This document shows, piece after piece, positions 17,504 to 25,193 of a stretch of 64,000 nucleotides of DNA; position 1 is the first letter of the stretch, and each line of letters begins with the position of its first letter. The stretch lies in assembly GCA_037445995.1 (NCBI GenBank), contig JBBIJK010000004.1:30451-94450 (forward strand), given 5' to 3'. The position numbers were made by a program, and so were the translations under genes. The notes below the pieces were generated by a model. That model ran no database searches. It saw nothing but the letters and a program-made list of their open reading frames with translations, and was not told where the DNA came from. Source of the DNA: Actinomycetota bacterium. Lineage in GTDB: Bacteria; Actinomycetota; Coriobacteriia; Anaerosomatales; D1FN1-002.

Positions 17504-18822
17504 GGCGTTCCCGCCTCGCCCGCCCGGTCCGCGGAGAAGATGTCCATCGTGATCTCCGTGCCCTCCCCTTCTACGCTGGCCACCGACAGACCTGAGCCCT
17601 TTCCGAAGTGACCACGCAGTCTATCGTCCACGTTCTTGAGCGCGATGCCTAGCCCCTTGCCGAAACCAGGCTCCAGCACCCGCGGCAGAACGGCGGCGGG
17701 AATCCCGACACCGTCGTCGGTCACCGAGACCCGCAAGCCGTTCTCGCACCGCGTCGCGGCGATCGTGATGGTCAGCCTTCGCCCTGTGGGCAACGCATGC
17801 TGGACGCAGTTCTCCACGACCGGCTGAAGAAGGAAGGAGGGGACGACGGCGTCGAGCGCGGCTGACTCCACGGACTCGATAACCTGGAGCCGGGGACCGA
17901 AGCGTGCGTGCTCGAAGCGAAGGTAGCTTCTGGTGAACTCCAGCTCCCGCTCGAGGGTGACCAGGGGGCCCGAACTCTCCAGCGTCCTGCGATAGAAGGA
18001 AGCGAACTCGCGCAGGAGCACGCGCGCCTCGGTGGGGTCGGTGCGGATGAGGCTGGCTATCGTGTTTATGGTGTTGAACAGGAAGTGCGGGTGTATCTGC
18101 GCCTGGAGCGCCTGGAGTTCCATGCGCGTGGCCAGCGCTGTCTGGCGGTCCAGCTCGGACAGTTCAAGCTGCGTCGACAGCAGCGTGGCGAGGCCCTGCG
18201 CGGTCGTCACCTGCGTCTCGTTGAGAAGGCGGGGGGTCGTGTAGTAGAACTTGAGCGTCCCCGCCGGGACGCCCCGAACCACCAGTGGGACGACTATCGC
18301 CGCCTTGAGCAGGCACCGCTCCAGCGGGCACCCGATCTCTTGCTTGCTGACCAGGATGCGATGCTCCACGGACTCCAGGGCCTCGCGTGTCGCCCTCGTG
18401 ATGATGGGCCGCCCGGGCAGGTGGTGCTCCTGGCCCAGCCCGGCGAACCCGAGGACACGGGTCGTGTCGGTGATCGCCACCGCCGCCGCCTCCATCTCCC
18501 TGAGCGCGATGTCGCACACCGCCTGGGCGGTATCGGCATCGAGGCCGCGCCTCATGTGCGCGAGGCTGCGATTGGCGATCTCGAGGATCCTGTGGGACTG
18601 CTCGGCCTGGATATGGTCAGGGCGCGTCAGGAAGCGGGCCGCCAGTGAACCGACCGAGATGATGGTCAGGCCCCCGAGCGCGGCAGTGACGACGTACTCG
18701 GGGACGGGCATCACAAGTGCAACCACGGCGGTAAGCGCGATGGCGGTGACGGTCACCGCTATCAAGGCGTCGATCACGACCGCCTGCACCGTGAAGAACC
18801 TCTGTCCCGACCGCTCCCTCAC
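17494..18822 (-). CDS. LytS/YehU-type sensor histidine kinase (2 TM + GAF + His_kinase + HATPase)
   Basis: The IHPHFLFNTINTI H-box is typical of the LytS family, with a GAF-like segment upstream and a C-terminal GxGxG ATPase (DDGVGI...GKGLGIAL). It overlaps the RR gene by 10 nt. GTG start follows GGAGGGA. Confidence 0.85.
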   Translation of the reverse strand: MRERSGQRFFTVQAVVIDALIAVTVTAIALTAVVALVMPVPEYVVTAALGGLTIISVGSLAARFLTRPDHIQAEQSHRILEIANRSLAHMRRGLDADTAQAVCDIALREMEAAAVAITDTTRVLGFAGLGQEHHLPGRPIITRATREALESVEHRILVSKQEIGCPLERCLLKAAIVVPLVVRGVPAGTLKFYYTTPRLLNETQVTTAQGLATLLSTQLELSELDRQTALATRMELQALQAQIHPHFLFNTINTIASLIRTDPTEARVLLREFASFYRRTLESSGPLVTLERELEFTRSYLRFEHARFGPRLQVIESVESAALDAVVPSFLLQPVVENCVQHALPTGRRLTITIAATRCENGLRVSVTDDGVGIPAAVLPRVLEPGFGKGLGIALKNVDDRLRGHFGKGSGLSVASVEGEGTEITMDIFSADRAGEAGTPCR

Positions 18823-18943
18823 GAGACCGTCCCTCCGACCCGCCCTCCGTCACCGAGTATCCCCGGCGACGGTCGGACGAGTATATTGCATCGGCGAGAC
18901 GCGCCGTGCTCGGCCGTGGAGCACCGACGGCTCCCGGTGCCGT

Positions 18944-19690
18944 TCAGCCAGCCAGGCGGCTGACCAGCAACCACGCGCCGACCGCCGCGAACAAGCCCGC
19001 GAGCAGGCCGCGGATGAGGCGCTCGTCGACACGGTGGGCGATGGCGGCCCCCGCCAACGCGCCCGGGAGCGTCCCGGCGGCAAGCGGTCCGGCTAACGCC
19101 CAGGAGATCTCGCCGACCCATGCGTGCATCAACGCCGACGGCGCCGCGAGGAACGGGATCGCCGCGAGACTGGTGCCCACCGCGCGGCCGGTTGGCATCC
19201 CGAGGAAGCGTCTGAAGACCGGGACCATCAGGAAGCCGCCACCCACCCCGACCAGTCCCGCGATCAGGCCGGCCGCCGCGCCGGCCGCGGCTGGCGCGGC
19301 GAGCTTGAGGGGCCCCTTGGACGCCGCGGACGGCGGGCGTTCCAGGGCCGTCATCGAGACCGCCGACCAGAGCAGGACGACCCCCAGAGCGAGGGCAACA
19401 ACGTCGTCACCCAATCGGTCCCCGAGCAACGAACCGACGGCGCCGGTACCCGACCCCGACAACCCGGCGATACACGCCACCCGGACGTCTACCTTCCCGG
19501 CGCGATGATGGGCCAGCGCGCCGGCCAACGCGGCTGGCAGCACGGCCGCGAGCGAGGTGCCCACCGCCGCAAGCGCACCGAGTCCGATACCGAGATAAAG
19601 GGCCGGGGTGAGGACGATCCCGCCGCCAATCCCCAGCATCCCCGACAGCACGCCGGCCAAGACGCCGAGGGCGACGACGCCGACCGCCAT
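18944..19690 (-). CDS. TauE/SafE (TSUP) family anion permease
   Basis: 248 aa with repeated GxGGG motifs (GMLGIGGGIV, GLVGVGGGFL), 7-8 TM. Confidence 0.8.
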   Translation of the reverse strand: MAVGVVALGVLAGVLSGMLGIGGGIVLTPALYLGIGLGALAAVGTSLAAVLPAALAGALAHHRAGKVDVRVACIAGLSGSGTGAVGSLLGDRLGDDVVALALGVVLLWSAVSMTALERPPSAASKGPLKLAAPAAAGAAAGLIAGLVGVGGGFLMVPVFRRFLGMPTGRAVGTSLAAIPFLAAPSALMHAWVGEISWALAGPLAAGTLPGALAGAAIAHRVDERLIRGLLAGLFAAVGAWLLVSRLAG

Positions 19691-19694
19691 CGCC

Positions 19695-20936
19695 TCAGCC
19701 GGAGCCGACGGGCGGGAACCGGCCGGTGATCGCCGACCGGTCCACGCTGCGCTCTCCGGTGAACAGCGTCTTGAGGGGCACGTCGTCCCAGACGCGCTCC
19801 ATCATGATCGGCCACCGCCGCTGGAACTCGAAGTAGTTGTCGCAGTTGCGCGTCGCGTACCTGGGCGCGTCTTTGCGGACCGCCTTGGCCACCTTGCGGT
19901 AGGTCTGGCGCTCAGCGCCCGCCGACAGGCTCCTGAGCATCGCGGTGACCCAGGCGCGCCACCCGACGGAGCCGCCTATGAACTCGCCCGGGAAGGGCGC
20001 CACGGACTCAGGGGAGACGGGACGGAGGTCCACCTGGGACTTCGCGAACTCCAGCTTCCGGTGCTCGTAGATGAACCTGTAGGCGTCCTGGCGAAGGCGT
20101 ATGGCCTCGCTGGGGCCGATCGGCGGCCTGTGGACCACCCTCCAGTCTCCGTCCATGAACACGTCGCCGCCGTGCATTCGCACGTTGATGACGTAGTCGA
20201 TGTCCTCGCCCCTCGTGACCCAAGGGTCGAACGACACGCTGCGGTACATGTCTTTGTGGATCACGAGGCAGCCGCCGAAGGCCACGTTGCTCGGCTTGAT
20301 CCTCGGGGGGGCGTCGACCACGGCGAGCGCCTGGTTGTACGCGTCGGCGGTGTGCCAGAAGGTGTTGGACCAGTGCGGGTCCTGGTGGACCTGGTACCGG
20401 CCATCCTCGTTGACGTAGTAGCCGGTCTTGGCCAGGATCCGGCCGTCCCCGTGCCGCTCCCCGACGCCGGCCATCGCTCTTTCAAGGAAGTCCGGGTCGG
20501 CGATCACCTGGTCGTCGTCCACGAACAGGACCGACTCCGACCCCAGCACCGCGGCGGTGAGAAGGCCGACGTTGCGGACCGCGCCGTAGCCGTGGAGCGA
20601 GACACCCGGGATCATGTCCGCGAACTCCAGTTGCTCGAGGCGACGGTGAAGCGACCCGATCTCCGCGGCCCCGAAGACAAGGGCGTCTATCTGCGGGAAG
20701 TCGGCTACCATCTCGCGGACGCGATCCTCCGCCTGGTGCTCGATGGAGGGCTCGGTGGCCGCGGTGAGGACCACGACCCGCTCGAGCCCGGGCAGCCCCG
20801 CGAGAGACCGCAGGCAATCAGGCAGGGTGCTCTCGCCGTCGATCGGCGTCGGATGGTCGTAGACGTCCAGCAGACGCCTGCCCAGCCGCGCCCGCCGCCT
20901 GGTCCAGAATGTAGAGATCACCACGCAGGGCGCCAA
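19695..20936 (-). CDS. GT-A fold (family-2-like) glycosyltransferase with C-terminal extension
   Basis: ...YGAVRNVGLL..., FVDDDQV (DxD), ...GGCLVIHKDMY..., ...GEDIDYVINV.... TTG start 20936 after GAGGAG. 4-nt gap to the TauE gene. Confidence 0.55.
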   Translation of the reverse strand: MAPCVVISTFWTRRRARLGRRLLDVYDHPTPIDGESTLPDCLRSLAGLPGLERVVVLTAATEPSIEHQAEDRVREMVADFPQIDALVFGAAEIGSLHRRLEQLEFADMIPGVSLHGYGAVRNVGLLTAAVLGSESVLFVDDDQVIADPDFLERAMAGVGERHGDGRILAKTGYYVNEDGRYQVHQDPHWSNTFWHTADAYNQALAVVDAPPRIKPSNVAFGGCLVIHKDMYRSVSFDPWVTRGEDIDYVINVRMHGGDVFMDGDWRVVHRPPIGPSEAIRLRQDAYRFIYEHRKLEFAKSQVDLRPVSPESVAPFPGEFIGGSVGWRAWVTAMLRSLSAGAERQTYRKVAKAVRKDAPRYATRNCDNYFEFQRRWPIMMERVWDDVPLKTLFTGERSVDRSAITGRFPPVGSG

Positions 20937-21014
20937 TTGGACTCCTCACAAGTGCCATCCGGTCAGGGCCGCGCCCGCGCGCGGGCCGGACCCACGACAT
21001 TCTATCGCTTCAAC

Positions 21015-21032
21015 GCGGCTGGCAGCAGCCGC
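21015..21032 (-). terminator. Hairpin terminating the queT-to-dsbA-like unit
   Basis: GCGGCUG-cugc-CAGCCGC, a 7-bp perfect stem starting 8 nt after the stop at 21040. No strong U-tract. Confidence 0.45.
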
Positions 21033-21039
21033 TCCCGTC

Positions 21040-21726
21040 TCACTGCTTCGGTCCGTCAGACGCCGCGCCGCGACCCGTGTCGCCCGGGGCGGCGACGCAG
21101 CGGTCCACGGCCGCCTGCATCACCTCGTAGGGACGGGCGCCGATGAGGAGCTCGTTGCAGATGACGGCCGCGGGCGTGGCGTCGATCCCCATGTGTTCCG
21201 CCACGTGGCGAAACACTTCGAGCCGCTCCTCGTGAAGACCGCCGACCCACGCCGCCTCGACCGCTGCGGCGTCCAGGCCTTCCAGGCCCTTCGCCAGCCC
21301 GAGGAGGACCTCACGGTCCCCGATGTCCGCCCCGTCGGCGTAGTAGGCGCTGAAGATCGCCATGTGGGTCGCCCAGTGGAGTGCCGACCCGCCATCCCTC
21401 GCGACCTCGCCCATGAGAAGCGCCAGGTGCGTGTTGGGGATGTGATCGGGGAGCGTCATCTTCACCCCCTCGTCCGCAGCCACACGGACCAGGTGCCCCT
21501 CGACCCTGTCGGAGTGCCCGAGGCCGTGCTCGACGGCGGAGAAGCCCTCGGCTGGCATACCAGGCCTGAGCTCGAACGGCACGAGCAGGAGCTCGAGGTC
21601 GTTCGCTGCCCGCAACCTGTCGAACCGGAACTGGTCGACGTAGCAGAAGGGTCAAGCGTAGTCGAAGAAGAGCAGCACCCTGGGCCGGTCGATCGACGCG
21701 CCGCTCGGACTCGCGTGAAGATCCAT
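21040..21726 (-). CDS. DsbA/FrnE-family thiol-disulfide oxidoreductase, candidate selenoprotein (in-frame TGA 21652..21654 read as Sec; U-P-F-C redox motif)
   Basis: ATG 21726 (AGGGAG 7 nt upstream) reads MDLHASPSGASIDRPRVLLFFDYA-TGA-PFCYVDQFRFDRLRAAN... It continues in frame into ORF-track ORF 21040..21615. The TGA replaces the first Cys of the DsbA CxxC motif, and a SECIS-like hairpin follows. Confidence 0.7.
21619..21639 (-). promoter_or_regulatory. Putative bacterial SECIS element
   Basis: Hairpin GUCGACC-AGUUCC-GGUUCGAC starting 12 nt after the UGA: 7 bp with one bulged U on the 3' arm and a 6-nt apical loop with G at position 2. Confidence 0.55.
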
Positions 21727-21730
21727 GTCC

Positions 21731-22741
21731 CTACTCCCTGATCCCGAGATCCGCGCCGCAGGCCGAGCAGATCCCGCCCGAGGTCCGCTTCGCAACCACC
21801 GAGTACCCGCGCCGCGTCACGGCCGTGGCCCCGCACGATGGACAAACCGTGTCCTCGAACCCACCGTCCGCCACATTCCCAAGGTACACGAAGCGCAACC
21901 CCTCACCTGTGGCGAGCTCCCGCGCCCGCCATAGGGTCTCGAACGGGGTCGCGGGTACGTGCGCCATGTCCAGGCACGGAAAGAACCTGGTGACGTGCCA
22001 CGGGGTGTCCTCCCCCAAAGCGTCCCTTATCCAGCCGGCGATGCCGCGGATCTCCGCTTCGCCATCGTTGATGCCAGGGACGACATTGGTGACGACCTCC
22101 ACGTGCATACCCCAGTGGTGCTTCGCGCGGACCGCCGCATCCAGCACCGGCCGCGCCGACGGCACCTTGCACAGCTCGTGGTAGCCTCGGTCGTCGAAAG
22201 CCTTGACGTCGACGCGCCAGACGTCCACCAGGGGACCGAGCAGGTCCAGAGCCTCGGGCGTGACGTATCCGTTCGTTACCATGACGGTGAAGAGGCCCTC
22301 ACCGCGGCAGATGGTGGCGACATCCAGCACGTACTCGAGCCAGATCACAGGCTCGTTGTAGGTGAAAGCCACGCCCGGGCATCGGTGCGCCCTCGCCAAG
22401 CGGACGGCGCCGTCGGGGTCCATGTGCCCGGCGTCCGGCACGTCTCCGGGGGCCGCTCGGCTGATCGACCAGTTCTGACAGTGACCGCACCTCATCGAGC
22501 AGCCCACGCTGCCTAGCGACAGCACCCGTGCTCCTGGGTGGTAGTGGAATACCGGCTTCTTCTCTATCGGGTCCGCCGCCACCGACGTGACGAGGCCGTA
22601 GGACAGGGGCTCCAGGACCCCGCCGGAGTTGCGCCTGACCCCACATCGGCCGACGTGCCCGTCAGCGATCAGGCAGCGGTGCGGGCAGACGGCGCATCTG
22701 ACCTTGCCAGCCTCGCCGGACCACAGCAGCGCCTCACGCAC
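21731..22741 (-). CDS. Radical SAM enzyme, AmmeMemoRadiSam/PflA-like activase type
   Basis: N-terminal Cys cluster (RCAVCPHRCLIADGHVGRCGVRRN), DPIEKKP, the CSMRCGHCQNW CxxxCxxC SAM cluster motif, and a C-terminal Zn-ribbon (CPSCG...CSACG). Confidence 0.85.
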   Translation of the reverse strand: MREALLWSGEAGKVRCAVCPHRCLIADGHVGRCGVRRNSGGVLEPLSYGLVTSVAADPIEKKPVFHYHPGARVLSLGSVGCSMRCGHCQNWSISRAAPGDVPDAGHMDPDGAVRLARAHRCPGVAFTYNEPVIWLEYVLDVATICRGEGLFTVMVTNGYVTPEALDLLGPLVDVWRVDVKAFDDRGYHELCKVPSARPVLDAAVRAKHHWGMHVEVVTNVVPGINDGEAEIRGIAGWIRDALGEDTPWHVTRFFPCLDMAHVPATPFETLWRARELATGEGLRFVYLGNVADGGFEDTVCPSCGATAVTRRGYSVVAKRTSGGICSACGADLGIRE

Positions 22742-22749
22742 ACGTCCCC

Positions 22750-24582
22750 CTAATCCGGCGCGATCTCCACCCTGTCTCGCCCGTTCTCCTTCGCGCGATA
22801 AAGGGCCCTGTCAGCGGCCTCCAGCAGGCGGTCCGGCTCGACCCCGGCACCAGAGATGGCGGAGACGCCGACGGAGAGGGTGACCCGCGACACTCCGTCC
22901 GCCCCGCTGCCCCCGACACTGATCGCCCGAACCGCGCTCCTCAGCTTCTCGGCCACCGCGAACGCGGCCGTCTTGCCTATCCCGGGAAGGAGCACCCCGA
23001 ACTCATCCCCCCCATACCTTGAGGGGAGGTCGGTCCCTCTGAGCACCTTGGGGATGATCGCTCCGATGGACCGCAACACCGAGTCGCCGACCCGGTGGCC
23101 ATACGTGTCGTTGATCCCCTTGAACGCGTCCACGTCGACCATGAGCAGCGAGAGCTCTCCACCGTAGCGGTTGACCCGCTCGACCTCCTCCCTGAGCCGC
23201 GCCTCGAACTCACGGCGGTTCGGCAGCCCTGTCAGCGGGTCGGTGGTGGCGGCCTCCGCGAGCGCCGCGAGGCTAGCCTCCAGGCGCTCGGCTTGGCGAG
23301 GCCAGCACATGTCCCACGTCGACCTGCCCTGCGCGATCGCGACAGCGTGATCGGCGCAGGTTCTCTGGCCGCACGCGCCGCAGTCCAAGGCCTCATCCCG
23401 GGACGCCACGCCGCCCTCCGCGAGGATACGGTCGACCTCCTCAGGCGAAGGAACGACCGTCATCACCGGCGAAGCCGTGAACGAGCGGCGAAGGTCCGGC
23501 CGGGGGAGATAGGCCAAGAGGCGTCGGCATCCCACCGACGCCGCGGACCTCGACGCCTCGCCGTGGGCGACCGCGATGGTGCGCTTGGCGTGCACCGATA
23601 GCTGTGGGGCCACAGTGGGGCCGTCGATACACCCGTCGCAGTGCAACGTGTCGACCAGCGACGGGGCAGCCTCGCCGTCTGCGATGGCGTCCAAGAGGCG
23701 GTCGAGTGGCTCCAGACCGCGCACCACGGCCGTGTCCACCCGCGAGTCCCCCCCGCACTCCACGAACGAGCGCGGAAACCCGTCCGTCAGCGACACCTCC
23801 TTGAGCGGCGCGGGCCGGCGAGCGCCAGGCGGCTCGACGCCGGGCGCGAGCGGCGGCGCGTCCGCCAGGAGTTCCTCGAGCTCAGCGAAGTCGATCGCGG
23901 CGTCGACCGCGCCCCCGTACTGCGGATCGGAGCAGTCGTCCTTGCGGGCGAAGCACGGACTCACGTACACGACGACCGTGCCTTCGGGATAGAGCGACTT
24001 CACGAGCTTGGCTTGCGCGATGTAAGGGGGGACCAGGGGCACGAGGGCGCCGGTCAGCTTGGGGTGGAAGCGAAGGACCCACGACACGACCACCGGGCAT
24101 GTCGACCTGATGGCGGGCATGTGCTCCCGGCCCACCACCAGACGCTCGAACTCGGATGCGACCATCTCCTCGCCGAGCAAGGTGGTCTCGACGGCGTGGA
24201 AGCCCATCGCCTCGAGCGCGCACTCTAAGTCGCGTGTCGTCTTGGGATGCAGAGCTGCGACCGCCTCCGTCGCGAGGACGGCGACCACCGGTCCGCCGCC
24301 GTGGAGCAGCGCCCGGACCGCGGCGGTGTCATCCCTGACCACATGGCCGCGAAAGCCGCACTCCTTGACGCACGCCCCGCAGGAAACGCATCTCTCGTGG
24401 ATCACGAGCGTCCCGGCCTCGGAGACGCCGATCGCGCCGGCGGGGCAAACCCGGACGCAGCCACGGCATCGACGGCAGTCGTCCTCCTGGTGCTGTATCA
24501 GCCGGCGGCCGACATGCCTGCGCGTCGACCCGGACCGGGACACCGGCTCCGAATCACCCCAAGGCAGCGGCTCGCTGCTCAC
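22750..24582 (-). CDS. Fusion protein: 2x[4Fe-4S] ferredoxin + [FeFe]-hydrogenase-like (H-cluster/Nar1-type) domain + CxxCGxxxC Fe-S domain + GGDEF diguanylate cyclase
   Basis: CRRCRGCVRVCP / CVSCGACVKEC ferredoxin motifs. H-domain motif equivalents are RSTCPVVVSW (L1), VSPCFARKDD (L2) and LHCDGCIDGP (L3), followed by DCGACGQRTCADHA. The C-terminal GGDEF has RYGGDEFGVLL. GTG start overlaps the queT-like stop (GTGA). Confidence 0.8.
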   Translation of the reverse strand: MSSEPLPWGDSEPVSRSGSTRRHVGRRLIQHQEDDCRRCRGCVRVCPAGAIGVSEAGTLVIHERCVSCGACVKECGFRGHVVRDDTAAVRALLHGGGPVVAVLATEAVAALHPKTTRDLECALEAMGFHAVETTLLGEEMVASEFERLVVGREHMPAIRSTCPVVVSWVLRFHPKLTGALVPLVPPYIAQAKLVKSLYPEGTVVVYVSPCFARKDDCSDPQYGGAVDAAIDFAELEELLADAPPLAPGVEPPGARRPAPLKEVSLTDGFPRSFVECGGDSRVDTAVVRGLEPLDRLLDAIADGEAAPSLVDTLHCDGCIDGPTVAPQLSVHAKRTIAVAHGEASRSAASVGCRRLLAYLPRPDLRRSFTASPVMTVVPSPEEVDRILAEGGVASRDEALDCGACGQRTCADHAVAIAQGRSTWDMCWPRQAERLEASLAALAEAATTDPLTGLPNRREFEARLREEVERVNRYGGELSLLMVDVDAFKGINDTYGHRVGDSVLRSIGAIIPKVLRGTDLPSRYGGDEFGVLLPGIGKTAAFAVAEKLRSAVRAISVGGSGADGVSRVTLSVGVSAISGAGVEPDRLLEAADRALYRAKENGRDRVEIAPD

Positions 24583-25145
24583 CCGTCCCTCGACATCCCC
24601 TCGAACACCCCGGCCAAGCCGGTGCGACGCATCGCCGCGAGCAGCGGCCAGCCCAATCCGTAGACGACGAGAACCTGACCCGCGCCTACAGCGGCCATGC
24701 CGAGAAGGTACATCGCGAACCAGGAGTCCTCAAGCCTCCAGCCAAGCGCCGGTATGTCGTAAAAGCCGCTGCCAGCCAGGATAAGGGGCAGGTACGCTGG
24801 CACTATCAGGGCGTTGGCCACGACCGGCCCGGCGAGCGCCACGCCCGTGCGGCCTCGCATCCGCCAGCTCCAGGCGGCGCCCGCCAGCGACCCGAGCGGG
24901 CCGAAGACCATGTCCAGCCAGCCCATGGGCTGCGAGAGGTTCCACGCGTTGGCTATCAGCGCCCCGAGCCACAGCCCGGGGATCGCGGCGGGCGTCACGC
25001 ACCCCAGCACTGTGAGCGCCTCGCTGATCCGAAGCTGGACGGGCCCCCAGGCCAGGGCCTGGAACGTGGAGAGCGTGAGAAGCGTGGCGGCGGCGTAGAG
25101 GGCCGCGATCACTCCGGCCTGTGCGACGAGACGTGAGGCGCGCAA
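24579..25145 (-). CDS. QueT-family (ECF S-component-like) membrane transporter
   Basis: 188 aa, about 5-6 TM. AALYAAATLL...GPVQLRISEALTVL...IPGLWLGALIAN matches QueT-family hallmarks as I remember them. TTG start after GGAGA. Confidence 0.7.
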   Translation of the reverse strand: MRASRLVAQAGVIAALYAAATLLTLSTFQALAWGPVQLRISEALTVLGCVTPAAIPGLWLGALIANAWNLSQPMGWLDMVFGPLGSLAGAAWSWRMRGRTGVALAGPVVANALIVPAYLPLILAGSGFYDIPALGWRLEDSWFAMYLLGMAAVGAGQVLVVYGLGWPLLAAMRRTGLAGVFEGMSRDG

Positions 25146-25181
25146 GGTCTGTCTCCGGGGAACGGCTGGGCGGGCGGGCGC

Positions 25182-25193
25182 ATTCTAGCACAC
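25182..25193 (-). promoter_or_regulatory. Extended -10 promoter element (GTG-c-TAGAAT) upstream of the queT-like gene
   Basis: Minus strand reads TGTGTGCTAGAATG about 37 nt upstream of the TTG start. The perfect palindrome GGCTCCGGAGCC (25195-25206) lies just upstream in the spacer/-35 region. Confidence 0.4.

Noticed and set aside
21040-21615. TTG 21615 as the start of a 191-aa N-terminally truncated DsbA-like protein
   Set aside because: This would delete the catalytic CxxC region. The upstream 37 codons are in frame, DsbA-like (VLLFFDYA-U-PFCY) and preceded by an RBS and ATG, so UGA read-through (Sec) is the better model. A pseudogene remains the alternative if no Sec machinery exists.
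21731-22741. Radical SAM gene as HydE/HydG, the H-cluster maturases for the adjacent hydrogenase-like sensor
   Set aside because: Its size, the N-terminal Cys cluster, DPIEKKP and the C-terminal double Zn-ribbon fit the PflA/AmmeMemo activase type. It does not fit the biotin-synthase-like HydE or ThiH-like HydG, and no hydF GTPase is present in the window.
25146-25181. Possible preQ1 riboswitch in the leader of the QueT-family gene
   Set aside because: The leader is only about 30 nt (GCGCCCGCCCGCCCAGCCGUUCCCCGGAGACAGACC). It lacks the A-rich tail and conserved preQ1-I/II/III core sequences I know, so there is no support.
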